From positions 11,068 to 75,067 of the forward strand of contig JAYGCV010000010.1 in assembly GCA_046583195.1 (NCBI GenBank): 64,000 nt of DNA, read 5' to 3'. The stretch's first letter is position 1, and every line of letters begins with the position of its first letter. Below the pieces are notes generated by a model that saw nothing but the letters and a program-made list of their open reading frames with translations, was not told the origin of the DNA and did no database searches. The position numbers and the translations under genes are program-made. Source of the stretch: Myxococcota bacterium (GTDB lineage: Bacteria; Myxococcota_A; UBA9160; UBA4427). Positions 11,192-21,614 of the stretch are shown piece by piece.

Positions 11192-13612
11192 ATGCTTCGA
11201 CGCACGCCGTCCTCGAGCCCGTACGCGCGAGGTCTGGGCTCGCTGCGCTCCTGGCTCGAGGCCGCGAAGCCCCTGCCGAACCACGGGCCCCAGCCGAACC
11301 ACGAGCCCGTGCCGAACGAAACCGCGAGTTCGGCACTCCGCGCGGAACTCTCCCTGCGCTGTCGCGCGCTGGCCGGCCTGTGTATCCCGCCTGCTTGCCG
11401 CGAAGCCCTCGAGGCGCTCGCAGCGTCCGCCGAGACCGTGGACGCGGCCTGGTCCCCGGTCTGCGAAGAGTCGATCGCCACTCTTGACGCGTTGGCAGCC
11501 GTTGCGGATGACTGGCTGGCGACGTCGCTCACCGTGCTGCGCGGCATCGGGCCCAAGCGCGCCGAGCAACTCGGGCGCCGCGGTTTGGGGTCGGTGGGGG
11601 ATCTGCTCTTTTCGTTGCCCGCAGGCTACGAAGACAGGCGCCGGCTGACGCCTCTCGCGGAAATCGAGGTCGGGCGACCCGCGACCTTCTTCGGTGTCGT
11701 TCGAGAGGTGCGCCGAATCCACTCGGGAAAGCGGGGCGGGGGGCTCGAGGTCGACGTCGAGGATGAGAGTGGGAAGGTGGTGCTCCGCTGGTTTCGCTTT
11801 GCCGACGGAATCGAGGAGCGTCTCGAAGTCGGGATGCGGGTCTGCGCTTCGGGCGAAGTGCGCCGGTATCGCTTCACGAAGCAGGTCGCCCATCCCGAAA
11901 TCGAGGTCTTGGGCCGGGCGGGGGCCGAGTTCGCAGAGAATGTCGTGCCGGAGCAGTTCCGGCGCATCGTGCCGCGTTATAAGGGTGGCCTGGGGCTTTC
12001 ACCGCTGTCCTTGCGACGCCTGACCGCGCTTGCGATCGAAGAGTTCAGCGATGTCGTCCCCGGCTATTGGAATCCGGGGGACACGCCGTCCGGGCTCGAG
12101 ATCGGGGCGGCCCTGCGCGAAGTCCACGCGCCCGCGATCGACTCGGATTTTGAATCGCTTGCCGGCAGGGAGTCCGAGGCCCACGCCCGGCTGATCCTCG
12201 AAGAGCTCTACCTCCTCGAACTCGGTCTGGCCCTGCGCAAGGAGAACGAGGCGCAGCGCCCGGGAATTTCGCTGCGCGCGACTGCGGGGCCGCCCGCTGC
12301 AGCAGAACTGCCCTTCGCACTCACCGGGGCGCAGGCGCGCGTTGTCGCCGAGATCACCGCGGACCTGGCAGCGCCTCATCCGATGAACCGGCTGCTGCAG
12401 GGTGACGTGGGCTGCGGCAAGACGGTGGTGGCGTATCTCGCAGTGTGTGTGGCCGCTGCCGCGGGACACCAGTCCGCCCTGATGGCGCCCACCGAACTCC
12501 TGGCCGAACAACATCTGCGTTCGCTGCGCCAGCTAATGGGCGAGAACTCGAACCTGCGGATGGCCGGACTGACGGCCTCGCGGCCCCGCGCCGAGGCCAC
12601 GGCGGTGCGCCGTGCGCTGGCAGCCGGCGAGCTCGATCTCGTCGTGGGCACCCACGCGCTGCTGCAGGAGTCGGTCCGCTTCGCATCGCTGGCGCTGGCG
12701 GTGATCGATGAGCAACACCGCTTCGGCGTACAGCAACGGGCGGCACTCGCAAAGCGCGGGCCCCAGGGCCTCGCGCCTCACGTGATGGTGATGACCGCCA
12801 CCCCGATTCCGCGCACCCTCGCGCTCACGCTCTACGGTGATCTCGACGTTTCGGTGATCGACGAACGTCCGCCGGGTCGCATGCCGGTCCGCTCGGAGAT
12901 CTTCCGGGAGGGGGAGGGCGAGGCGATCCTGGACCGCGTGAAGCAGACGCTCGCACGCGACGAGCAGGTCTTCGTGGTGTATCCGCTGATCGAGAAGAGC
13001 GAGAAGGTCGATCTTCGCAACGCCACCGAGTCGGCGCGCCGCCTGGCGCATGCTCTCGACGGTCCCCAGGTCGATCTGATCCACGGTCGCCTCGAGGCTT
13101 CGGTGCGGCAGGCGGCGATGGACCGCTTCGGAAGGGGTGAGACGCGAGTCCTCGTCGCGACTTCGGTCGTCGAGGTGGGCGTCGATATTCCGAATGCGAC
13201 CTTGATGGTGGTCGAACACGCCGAGCGTTTCGGCCTGGCCCAGCTGCACCAGCTGCGCGGCCGGGTGGGGCGCGGACAGCGCCCCGGCCATTGCCTCTTC
13301 GTTTCGCGTGGGGGGGGAGAGGACAGCGAGGCCCGACTTCGGGCGCTGGCGGAGACTGACGATGGCTTTCGGATCGCCGACGCGGATCTCCGGATTCGGG
13401 GCCCCGGAGAGTTTCTCGGCACGCAGCAGCATGGGGTTCTCCCCGATCTGCGTCTCGCCGATCTGGCACGCGACGCGCGGCTGCTCACGCGCGCACGCGA
13501 TGCCGCCTTTGAAAGGGTGCGCCTGGACCCGGGCCTCGCCGGGGATCCCGCGCTGCGCCGGGCGGTGGAAGAACACTGGGGCGACCGCATTGCCCTAAAG
13601 GACGTGGGCTAG
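11192..13612 (+). CDS. recG: ATP-dependent DNA helicase RecG
   Basis: Motifs: LRGIGPKRAEQL...YEDRR wedge region, Walker A GDVGCGKT, DEQHRFG box, TATPIPRTLAL, QLRGRVGRG. The start is uncertain: ATG 11192 is the first start after the carB stop, the track start 11108 overlaps carB, and the true start could be further downstream. Confidence 0.88.
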   Translation: MLRRTPSSSPYARGLGSLRSWLEAAKPLPNHGPQPNHEPVPNETASSALRAELSLRCRALAGLCIPPACREALEALAASAETVDAAWSPVCEESIATLDALAAVADDWLATSLTVLRGIGPKRAEQLGRRGLGSVGDLLFSLPAGYEDRRRLTPLAEIEVGRPATFFGVVREVRRIHSGKRGGGLEVDVEDESGKVVLRWFRFADGIEERLEVGMRVCASGEVRRYRFTKQVAHPEIEVLGRAGAEFAENVVPEQFRRIVPRYKGGLGLSPLSLRRLTALAIEEFSDVVPGYWNPGDTPSGLEIGAALREVHAPAIDSDFESLAGRESEAHARLILEELYLLELGLALRKENEAQRPGISLRATAGPPAAAELPFALTGAQARVVAEITADLAAPHPMNRLLQGDVGCGKTVVAYLAVCVAAAAGHQSALMAPTELLAEQHLRSLRQLMGENSNLRMAGLTASRPRAEATAVRRALAAGELDLVVGTHALLQESVRFASLALAVIDEQHRFGVQQRAALAKRGPQGLAPHVMVMTATPIPRTLALTLYGDLDVSVIDERPPGRMPVRSEIFREGEGEAILDRVKQTLARDEQVFVVYPLIEKSEKVDLRNATESARRLAHALDGPQVDLIHGRLEASVRQAAMDRFGRGETRVLVATSVVEVGVDIPNATLMVVEHAERFGLAQLHQLRGRVGRGQRPGHCLFVSRGGGEDSEARLRALAETDDGFRIADADLRIRGPGEFLGTQQHGVLPDLRLADLARDARLLTRARDAAFERVRLDPGLAGDPALRRAVEEHWGDRIALKDVG

Positions 13613-15081
13613 GGGGCCGCGCCGCCGGCGTCTTCTGCCGGAACCAGATAGCCGAGGGCTTCGAGGGTCGCGCGCAGCCCGGCGTTGATCTCGCCGGGGT
13701 CAATCACCACCAGGGGGTGCGCCTGAAGCAGGGCGTCGAGCACAGCCTTTAGTTCGGCGGCGACGGCGCTCTGCTCTGTTGCAGGGATCTCCGATTCGAG
13801 GGCGTCGGTGCGGAAGATGTCGACCCGATCGCCTCGACGCAGGTATTTGTAGTTTTCATTGACGACACCCACACCCACCTCGTCGATCAGGAGCGGCTCG
13901 AGGGGCACGCCGCCGACGCTGCGAATGCGCTCGGCGCGGCGAACCCGCGTTTGGGCGACACGGGGCTGGTAGAGCGGGTGCTCGAGCAGCAGGTTGCGCT
14001 GCAAGGAGCGGGCCTCCGCTGAATCAAGGGCGCTTCCGCTGGCGTTGGCGAGCGGGGCGAGTCCGGCGATCGAGAGCAGCGTCGGCGCGAGGTCGAGCGA
14101 ACTGGCGGGCCCGCGAGCGCGCGTCCCGGGGGCGAAGTGCGCGGGGTCGCGCAGGATCAGCGGAATTCGCGTCGCCCCCCGGTAGAGACAGTCGGCGTGC
14201 TCGAAGAAGACACGCCGCTCGAAGCACTCTCCGTGGTCGGCGGTGAAGGCCACCACCACGTTGCCGGATCCGTTGCGGCGATCGATTCCGGCGAGGAGCC
14301 TTCCGATCTGGGCGTCGGTGTACTCGACCTCGCGGCGGTACAGGGCGAGACCGTGGTCGACGATCTCCATCGGCAGGTCGCCGTCGCGTGTCGCTGCGAT
14401 CTCGCGCAGGATGCGCCAACTGAGAACCGGGTACTCGCCGTCAAGAGCACTCGCGGTTCCCGGGGTGGGCTTGGCCTCGTAGGGAAGGTGGGGATCAAAG
14501 AGGTGGACCCAGAGGAAGTAGGGTTGGGTTCGCGGGATCGTCTTCAGCCATGCGAGGGCCTCGTCGACGACCTCGACGCCGCGACGGTGCTTCTGCTCGG
14601 GCGAGGGGTTCGAAAAGACGGAGAAGCCCTGTGCGGCACCCGAGGCACGCGAGAGCAGCGCGACCCCTGTGAACCCGGCGGTCGCCCAGCCGGCTTCCGA
14701 GAAGCGCTCGGCGAGTGTCACCGCGGCGCTCGGCAACGAGAGCGCATTGTTGACGACGCCGTGTTCGCGCGGGTAGCGCGAGGTGAGGATCGAGAAGTGC
14801 GCCGGGCGGGTGAGGGGCATTGGGGTGACGGCGTGTTCGAACGTGATGCCCTCGCGGGCCAGTTGGTCGATATGGGGGGTGGCCGTGTTCTTTGCGCCGT
14901 ACGCGCCGACGTGGTCCGCGCGCAGCGTGTCCACCGTGATCAGCACGATTCCCGCTGCCGCCTCGGGTTCGGCGCGACAGCCGTAGAGGGCGGCGAGCGC
15001 GAGAGCGCAGGTCGCGAGCCACGCGAGCGCTCGAAGCGGGTTCCTATTTTCGCTCGTAGAACCGGACAACGTATTCTCCAT
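13609..15081 (-). CDS. Sulfatase-fold (alkaline phosphatase superfamily, PF00884-like) lipoprotein, Thr-type active-site motif (paralog S1)
   Basis: Signal peptide with lipobox ALAALYGC. Motifs: VDTLRADH metal site; PLTRPAHFSILTSRYPREHG aligned to the sulfatase CxPxRxxxLTG box but with T..H; FTADHGE; NYKYL; C-terminal LEALGYL tail. Confidence 0.8.
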   Translation of the reverse strand: MENTLSGSTSENRNPLRALAWLATCALALAALYGCRAEPEAAAGIVLITVDTLRADHVGAYGAKNTATPHIDQLAREGITFEHAVTPMPLTRPAHFSILTSRYPREHGVVNNALSLPSAAVTLAERFSEAGWATAGFTGVALLSRASGAAQGFSVFSNPSPEQKHRRGVEVVDEALAWLKTIPRTQPYFLWVHLFDPHLPYEAKPTPGTASALDGEYPVLSWRILREIAATRDGDLPMEIVDHGLALYRREVEYTDAQIGRLLAGIDRRNGSGNVVVAFTADHGECFERRVFFEHADCLYRGATRIPLILRDPAHFAPGTRARGPASSLDLAPTLLSIAGLAPLANASGSALDSAEARSLQRNLLLEHPLYQPRVAQTRVRRAERIRSVGGVPLEPLLIDEVGVGVVNENYKYLRRGDRVDIFRTDALESEIPATEQSAVAAELKAVLDALLQAHPLVVIDPGEINAGLRATLEALGYLVPAEDAGGAAP

Positions 15082-16582
15082 CGGGGACCGCGATCTCTAC
15101 CCGGGCGTATCGATTGGCAAGGCGCGGGGCCAGTTCGTAGCGGCCGGGCCAGACGAACGCCTGGGGTTCGACGCCTTCGACGAGTCGCGCAGCAGTTGCC
15201 TCGATCGACTCGTTTTCGTCGAGGGCGTGGTAGCGATGGCTCGGCACGTTCAAGTAGACGATGTCGAGCGGATTGCGGTGGCGCATCAGGAAGAGGATCT
15301 CCGCCGACGCCAGGGCGACGAAGGGTTGGCCGGCGAGCCGTTCGCGCAGTGCGCGAGCCACCGCGCGCTGTTCCGAGAGCGTGACGCTCGCCGGGACGTG
15401 GGCGGTGGTGAGGTTGGTTTCGGGTCGGAGAAAGAAGGGACGGCCGAAGGCGACCGCGACGACGAGGATCGCCGTGGCCGCGGCCGTCGCGCCAAAGGCA
15501 TGGTGGCGGCTCAGTGCAGCGAAGCAGCGCGTCCAGACGATCCCGAGCCAGAACGCGGCCGTGGCCATGAGGACGTAGAAGTCCGGGAAGCGCTGAAAAT
15601 CCACGAGACTGAAGCCCAGGATCGCGGTGTGATAGACGCAAAGGGGCAGGAGCAGCCGGCCGGCAGCGCTGGAACCTTCGCGGCGCAGCCAGAGCCACGA
15701 AAGCGGAAGGCCCAGCAGCGAAATGGCCAGCAGGAAGCGTTCCGAGAGGCCCATGCGGGTCGTGGTCCAGCCAAAGCGTGCGATGCGGTCGAGGGTGCTG
15801 ACCGATTCGGTGCTCTCGGCGGCGCGAGCCAACGCCATGGCGAAGGTCTGCTCGACCGCCGCGCCGAGGGCGCCGTTGGCTGCGAAGTAGAGGATGAGGG
15901 GGAGGATGCCCACCAGCGCTCCGCCGATCAGCCGGAGTGTGTTGCGGGCCCAGTGTTCTCCCGAGGCGAGGGCGGCCACGAAGGCGGCGAGTCCGACCAG
16001 ACCCCCCACCTGCCAGTCGAGGAAGGCAAGGGCGCTGCAGGCGCCCGCCGCGAACCAGGCCCGTCGCGCCACCGCCAGGGCCATGGCGGAGGCCAGCACG
16101 ACCATCAGCAGTTTCGGAAAGTTCCCGATCGCCGGCAGTTCACCGAGGATCCCGAAGCTCCCAAAGGCGGCGAGCCCCAGGAAGCCCGCCACTGTACTGC
16201 CGCGGGAAAGGCGCCGGAAGATCCAGAAGGAGAGCAACCCCCCAAACGCCGACAGGCCCAGCGTCGAGATCCGGATGGCCTGGAGCGGATCCTGACCCAG
16301 GATCTCGCCCAGCCGAAAGATCCCGGCGGCGAGCAGGCTCGACAGGAAGGTCTTGTTGTCGAAGAGGTCGAGGTGCGGGACCGCACCTTCGGCAATCTGC
16401 CAGGCGAAGTAGAGGAAGTAGCGGACGTCGGTTCGGATCGGCGTTTCGGCCTCGAAGAAGAGCCCGAAGTGGAGCGCCGACAGAGCCAGTGCAAGCGCGG
16501 TGAAGAGTGCCGGTTGCGATGCCGATGCGCCGGGAAAGTCACCGGCCGGCAACGAATCCCCAGCGGACGTCGAGGCCGCCAT
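15044..16582 (-). CDS. Polytopic membrane protein, GT-C-like putative glycosyltransferase with C-terminal periplasmic domain (G1)
   Basis: About 12 hydrophobic segments, a first-loop acidic/aromatic motif TDVRYFLYFAWQ, and a ~150 aa soluble tail. The preferred start is ATG 16582, preceded by GGGGGGA; the maximal ORF starts at ATG 16684 without an SD. The 3' end overlaps S1 by 38 nt. Confidence 0.55.
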   Translation of the reverse strand: MAASTSAGDSLPAGDFPGASASQPALFTALALALSALHFGLFFEAETPIRTDVRYFLYFAWQIAEGAVPHLDLFDNKTFLSSLLAAGIFRLGEILGQDPLQAIRISTLGLSAFGGLLSFWIFRRLSRGSTVAGFLGLAAFGSFGILGELPAIGNFPKLLMVVLASAMALAVARRAWFAAGACSALAFLDWQVGGLVGLAAFVAALASGEHWARNTLRLIGGALVGILPLILYFAANGALGAAVEQTFAMALARAAESTESVSTLDRIARFGWTTTRMGLSERFLLAISLLGLPLSWLWLRREGSSAAGRLLLPLCVYHTAILGFSLVDFQRFPDFYVLMATAAFWLGIVWTRCFAALSRHHAFGATAAATAILVVAVAFGRPFFLRPETNLTTAHVPASVTLSEQRAVARALRERLAGQPFVALASAEILFLMRHRNPLDIVYLNVPSHRYHALDENESIEATAARLVEGVEPQAFVWPGRYELAPRLANRYARVEIAVPDGEYVVRFYERK

Positions 16583-16757
16583 TTCATCCCCCCGGCGCAT
16601 CAGCTTAGCAGGAGGGATTCGCAGGCGGCGTTCGTGGTCTTGGGGGTGGCGATTGAAGGAAGAGGGCGCGGAGTCGGATATCATTCATGGATCGGGGTCG
16701 CTTACGGGTATCGCAGTCGGTCGGCCGAGGGGGTGAGATGATCCGAGACGGTCGGGC

Positions 16758-18197
16758 ATGGGCTCGGCCTCGCCGCAGTGGGCGGCGAGGAGCGCCAGCG
16801 TGAGCGCACGACTCGAGCGCTCGGGAGTCTTTGCGCTTGCTCTCCTGGGGATCACACTGGCCGCCATTGGCATCCGCGTGCTCGCTCTCGAAGCCGGCGG
16901 GACGCTGCTGGCGACCGGCGATGAGGACTACTACTTCCAGACCGCCGTGGAAATTGCGCGTGAGGGCCGCCACCTGTACCCGCCCCGCGGCGCCCTTGCC
17001 GAGTGGCCCCCGGGCTACCCCTACTTCCTCTCGCTCTTCGTTCCTGGCGGGTCCGAGGTTTCCGCCGAGGCCATCGTCGCAAGGCTCGTCGCGGCCCAAA
17101 TCGGGCTCGGAGGTTTGTTGGTCGCACTCTGCGGCGTATTGGGCCGGGCCTGGTTTGGCGCCCGGGAAGGCCTCGTCGCGGCGTCCCTCGCGGCGCTCTA
17201 CCCGAATTTCGTGGTGTTCAGCCACTACCTCTTCTCCGAGACGCTCTTTTCCGCGCTGATCCTCGTAGCGCTGCTCGGCGTCGTGCGATTCGAAGAGCGC
17301 CCGACTGCGGGAGTGCTGGTGCTTTCAGGGGTCGCGCTCGGCTTGGCGACCCTGACCCGCGAACTCGCGCTGCCGGTTGCCGGAGTCTGCGCCGCCTGGT
17401 GGGTGTTTCGCGCGTCGCCCGGGGCGCGCCCGCGTGCAGTCGGTCATGCCATCGCACTGCTGGCGGTGATCGCGGCGATCGTGGTTCCGTGGACCCTGCG
17501 CAATGACCGGGTTCTCGGGAGCCCGGTATTGGTATCGAACGCGGGCTGGCTCAATCTTCGGTCGGGAAACTCGCTTTCCGAGACGGATTGGATGCGGCCT
17601 GCGGGTTTCGAACTGGAGGCCTTTCGGCGCACCTACTTTGCGATACCGGATGAGATGGAGCGCGCAGACTATGCCCGCTCCCAGGCCCTGGTACTGATTG
17701 GAGAGGAACAACCCGCCTGGATCTTCAAGAAGGCCGTGCGAACCGCTGCGCTCCTGGCCAGCCCAGATTCCTACCTCTTCAAGAAGATCAGTCGCGGGGC
17801 CTACCCGGAGCTCGGCCCGGACGCCATCCGGGTGCTGCTCGTGGTGGTGCCCGCCAGTACCCTCGTCCTCCTGCTGCTGGCGTTGCCCGCGTGGGCCGCG
17901 GATCGTCGGCGCGGCCGCCGCGAACTGGTGGCGACCCTCGCGCTCGCGGTCTTTGCGATCCACCTGTTGGCGAATGCATCGGTCCGCTATCGGCTGCCGT
18001 GGATGCCCCTGGCGGTGCTCTACGCGGCATCGATGCTCAGCGATCCTCGGCGCGTGCTGGCGTCGATCGGGACGCGATCCCGCGCCGGTGTGGCCGTGCT
18101 TGGGCTGTTGTTGCTGCTGACCGGAGTCCCGTACTTCTGGCCCGATGCGGTGTCGCTCTTTGAAACCGGTCGCTACCGCGAAGCCATGCGACCGTGA
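16758..18197 (+). CDS. ArnT/PMT-type (GT39/GT83-like, PMT_2) membrane glycosyltransferase (G2)
   Basis: First periplasmic loop GDEDYYFQTAVEIAREG (DE motif of GT-C enzymes), WPPGYPYFLSLF, and ~11 TM segments. It is divergent from G1. Confidence 0.75.
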   Translation: MGSASPQWAARSASVSARLERSGVFALALLGITLAAIGIRVLALEAGGTLLATGDEDYYFQTAVEIAREGRHLYPPRGALAEWPPGYPYFLSLFVPGGSEVSAEAIVARLVAAQIGLGGLLVALCGVLGRAWFGAREGLVAASLAALYPNFVVFSHYLFSETLFSALILVALLGVVRFEERPTAGVLVLSGVALGLATLTRELALPVAGVCAAWWVFRASPGARPRAVGHAIALLAVIAAIVVPWTLRNDRVLGSPVLVSNAGWLNLRSGNSLSETDWMRPAGFELEAFRRTYFAIPDEMERADYARSQALVLIGEEQPAWIFKKAVRTAALLASPDSYLFKKISRGAYPELGPDAIRVLLVVVPASTLVLLLLALPAWAADRRRGRRELVATLALAVFAIHLLANASVRYRLPWMPLAVLYAASMLSDPRRVLASIGTRSRAGVAVLGLLLLLTGVPYFWPDAVSLFETGRYREAMRP

Positions 18198-19774
18198 GAC
18201 ATTCGCAACGCAAGAGTCGACGGCGGTCGGTTGCGTTCTGCGCCGGCTGGCTCCTGGCGTGCAGCCTTTGCGCGGGTTGCCAGCCAGCGCCGGAGGAAAC
18301 CTCGGGGCCCCGGCGGATCATCCTTCTCAGCATGGACACCGTGCGCGCCGATCACGTCAGCGGGTACGAAGGGGCGACGACGACCCCGGTGCTCGCGGAG
18401 ATTGCCGAGGAGGGTGTGCGGCTCCAGGATTTCTACGCCGCCTCGAGCTTCACGCTGCCTTCGCATATGTCGATTTTCACGGGACTCGACCCGGCTGAGC
18501 ACGGCGTCTTTCGGGAGGAGGCGGAACTCGATCGCCGCATCCCGACGCTGGCAGAAACCCTGGGAAAGGCGGGGTATGCAACCGCGGCATTCCACGAAGG
18601 GGGATACGTGTCGCCGCGCTACGGGTTCGGGCGCGGCTTCGATCGCAGTCTTGAGTTTTCGCGTCTCGAGCTGGTGTCCGGGTCGCTTTCGCGTGTCACC
18701 GACTGGATACGCGCGCATCGCGGCGACCGCTATTTCCTCTTCGTGCACACCTACGCAGCGCATTTCCCGTACGGCGGATGGCAGCGCCACCGCAGCCGCG
18801 GCGTGGGAGCCGAGCGTTTCGAGCCGCGGCGGCTCGAGGCACTGCGCCAGCGCTTCGATTCGGCCCACGCCGAGCGCCGTGAGGGGCGCGCCCCCGAGCG
18901 CATCGGCGACGCGCTGCGGGCGGACTGTACGCTCTTTAATCAACTTGCTGAACACCACGGCGAGCTTCTCGGCTGCGGTGACAACTTCCTGAGTGCGGAG
19001 TACCTCGACCCGGTCCACGGCGGCGAGGACCTGGCGGCGGTTCGCGAGAGCTACGACGAGCGCATCCGGCGGATCGATGCCGCGCTCGGCCGCATTCGCG
19101 AGACGCTTCGCGATCTTGGCGAATGGGACGACACGCTGCTGGTGGTGACGGCCGATCACGGCGAGGCGTTTCTCGAGCACGGCCAATCTCAGCACGACTA
19201 CATCCCCTTCGACGAGGTCCTGAAGGTCCCCGCGGTCTGGTCGTGGCCCCGGGGCTTTGGGGAAACGGGGGGGCGCGAAGTCGAGGGCGCGACCTGGCAT
19301 CTCGACCTGATGCCCACGATCCTGGGCCTGTCGGGGGTCGCCTATCCGGGCCGCGCCCGGGGTCTTGACCTCTCTCAGGTGCTGAAGGGCGAGCGCGAGC
19401 TGGCGGCAGAGCGCACGGTGCATCCCGCGGTGCTGCGCCTGGCCCACCGCGAACCCCGTGCCGAGCGCCGCGTCGCGGTGCGGGGCAACTGGAAGTACAT
19501 CGAGGGGGATGCGCTCTTCGGAGATTCCGAGGGGCTGCTCTTTGACCGATCGCGGGACCGGCAGGAGAGGGTGAATCTGCGCCAGGAGGAACCCGAAGTC
19601 TTTCAGTCGCTAGAGGCCGAGAGTCTGCGCTGGCGCAGGGGGCTAGAGGCATCGTCTGCGCGCCATCGCCACAGCGGCGCACCCCTGCCGGGTGACCCCC
19701 TGGCGCCGGTCCCCGCGGTGTCGCTGACGCCCCAGGAGCGGCAGCAACTCCGGGAACTCGGCTATGTCGACTGA
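18194..19774 (+). CDS. Sulfatase-fold lipoprotein, Thr-type motif (paralog S2)
   Basis: GTG 18194 overlaps the G2 stop (GTGA). Motifs: lipobox region WLLACSLCAGC; MDTVRADH; SSFTLPSHMSIFTG (T87 at 18452-18454); VTADHGE; NWKYI; ends QLRELGYVD*. Confidence 0.82.
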   Translation: MRHSQRKSRRRSVAFCAGWLLACSLCAGCQPAPEETSGPRRIILLSMDTVRADHVSGYEGATTTPVLAEIAEEGVRLQDFYAASSFTLPSHMSIFTGLDPAEHGVFREEAELDRRIPTLAETLGKAGYATAAFHEGGYVSPRYGFGRGFDRSLEFSRLELVSGSLSRVTDWIRAHRGDRYFLFVHTYAAHFPYGGWQRHRSRGVGAERFEPRRLEALRQRFDSAHAERREGRAPERIGDALRADCTLFNQLAEHHGELLGCGDNFLSAEYLDPVHGGEDLAAVRESYDERIRRIDAALGRIRETLRDLGEWDDTLLVVTADHGEAFLEHGQSQHDYIPFDEVLKVPAVWSWPRGFGETGGREVEGATWHLDLMPTILGLSGVAYPGRARGLDLSQVLKGERELAAERTVHPAVLRLAHREPRAERRVAVRGNWKYIEGDALFGDSEGLLFDRSRDRQERVNLRQEEPEVFQSLEAESLRWRRGLEASSARHRHSGAPLPGDPLAPVPAVSLTPQERQQLRELGYVD

Positions 19775-21614
19775 GGGTCGGATGCGAGTGAGTTCCTCGA
19801 TGCGAGCGGTGCTGCTGGTCTCGCTGCTGGGGAAGCTTGGGCTCGCGTGGTGGTTCGCGGATCTCGAGCCGCATTACGACGAGCGCCAATTCTTGCGGCA
19901 GGCCCAGGCGCTGGCGGGCGGAGCGGGTTTCGAGTCGTTCTTCCGAGCCCCCGGCTACACGCTTTTCATGGCGGCCGGGCTGTGGCTGGGAGGCGGCCAC
20001 GTCATCGGCGTGCGAATCCTGCAGGTGCTCTTGTCGACGGCCACCGCTTTTCTCGCCTACCGGATCGGCCGAAGCGAGTGGGGAGAACGGGCGGGATTCT
20101 GGGCCGGGTTGCTGGTGGCCTTCTATCCGAGTCAGATCGCGTTCTCGCACTGGCTTTGGGCGGAGACCCTCTACACGGCGCTAATCCTGCTGGCCTTCGA
20201 GCGCCTGCTCGCGCTCGATCGGAGTGGCGGGCGATCTACGGCGGTCGTCGCGGGTCTCTCGCTGGCGGCAGCATCGCTGGTCCGGTCGACGGGGCTGGGG
20301 CTGCTCGTGTTATCGGTCGGATGGCTCGCCTGGCGCTGGCGACAAGGCACGGGAAAGGCGTCGCTGCGGCTGATCGGTCTCCTGTTGGCGGTTGCAATCG
20401 GTGTGGTCGCAAGCTGGTCGATTCCGGCATCCCAGCGGGCGGACTGTCTCGTGGTCGTCGATCTGAACGGCCCCTTCAATCTTTGGAGTGGCAACGCGGC
20501 GGAGATCCCGGAGGGCCTTCCGGGCCTGTTTGGGGTCGGGCTTCCCCTCGACGTGCCGCTCGATTCGCGGGTCTCCGAATTTCGTCCCTTTGATGCCTGG
20601 CGTGCCGAACTCCCCGGACGGCTTGCTGCGGCCGGGGTCGAGGAGCGCTTTGGCTGCGATGGCGCCGCCTGGTTTCGAGACCAGGCCCTCTCGGACATTG
20701 CGAAGGCTCCGGGAGCCTTCCTGGCTCGCATCCCGGTGAAGCTCGCGGCCTTCTGGTCGCCGGATTTCTTCGTCGCGCGTCACCTGCTGCGGGGCTGGTA
20801 CGGGGAGGGGCCAGGCGGCGTGGCTCTCTTGCTGGTGTTGCTCACGCTGGCCGCGGCCTGTATTCCGCTGCTCGCTGGCCCCGTGGGCCTCGTTGCCGCG
20901 CCGCCCTCGCGCTTCCGCTCCCTCGCGCTTTTCTGGATCGGCCTCTACCTCGCCGTCCACGCGCTCACCTTCGGTGTGAGTCGCATGCATTTCCCGCTGG
21001 TGCCGCTCCTCCTCCTTGCGGTGGTGGGGGCCAGTGAGGCGCTTCGCGGGGGCGGTGCGGGCGAGATCCGGCGGCGCGCCCTGCGGCGAGGCCTTCCTCT
21101 TGGGGTCGGGATCGCCGTGGCCTGGGCGCTGATCGCGCCGCTCGTCATCGGGCTCTACGTCGCCCCGGCGCCGCAACAGGCCGCGTTGCTTCGGAGTGTT
21201 GCAGGCTTGCGCCACTGGCCGACCCCGGGGAGCGAGTTCCTGGCCTGGCACCTGGCGAGCGTCGAAGCCTCGCTCGGAAACGAGGCGCGCGCGCGTGAAG
21301 TCCTCGACGAGCCCGGGATACGAGAGCGGGGCTTCAGCCGCTACCTGCGGGCTCGCCTGTCTCCGCTTCCCGACCGGGGCGAGGACGAACTGCGGCAGTT
21401 GGTCGCCGCCGAAGGGGACGGGGGTGGCGTGCCGCGCTTCGCCGCCCTGGTCTCGTTGGCGCGACTCGAACTCGAGCGGGGAGACCTCGATGCGGGCCTG
21501 CGAAGCCTGCGTGCCGCGCAGTCGATGCGTCCGGACGACGGGGGGATTACGGCTGCCATTCAAGAGGTGGAAGCGGCGCGCGCATCGGCGAAGCCTGCGA
21601 TCGGCGCTCCGTGA
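19764..21614 (+). CDS. ArnT/PMT-type membrane glycosyltransferase with C-terminal TPR-like repeats (G3)
   Basis: Motifs: HYDERQFLRQAQALAGG first-loop DE motif, APGYTLFMAA, multiple TM segments, and a C-terminal ~150 aa helical repeat region (LARLELERGDLDAGLRSLRAAQ). ATG 19764 overlaps the S2 end by 11 nt; ATG 19782 is an alternative start. Confidence 0.75.
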   Translation: MSTEGRMRVSSSMRAVLLVSLLGKLGLAWWFADLEPHYDERQFLRQAQALAGGAGFESFFRAPGYTLFMAAGLWLGGGHVIGVRILQVLLSTATAFLAYRIGRSEWGERAGFWAGLLVAFYPSQIAFSHWLWAETLYTALILLAFERLLALDRSGGRSTAVVAGLSLAAASLVRSTGLGLLVLSVGWLAWRWRQGTGKASLRLIGLLLAVAIGVVASWSIPASQRADCLVVVDLNGPFNLWSGNAAEIPEGLPGLFGVGLPLDVPLDSRVSEFRPFDAWRAELPGRLAAAGVEERFGCDGAAWFRDQALSDIAKAPGAFLARIPVKLAAFWSPDFFVARHLLRGWYGEGPGGVALLLVLLTLAAACIPLLAGPVGLVAAPPSRFRSLALFWIGLYLAVHALTFGVSRMHFPLVPLLLLAVVGASEALRGGGAGEIRRRALRRGLPLGVGIAVAWALIAPLVIGLYVAPAPQQAALLRSVAGLRHWPTPGSEFLAWHLASVEASLGNEARAREVLDEPGIRERGFSRYLRARLSPLPDRGEDELRQLVAAEGDGGGVPRFAALVSLARLELERGDLDAGLRSLRAAQSMRPDDGGITAAIQEVEAARASAKPAIGAP

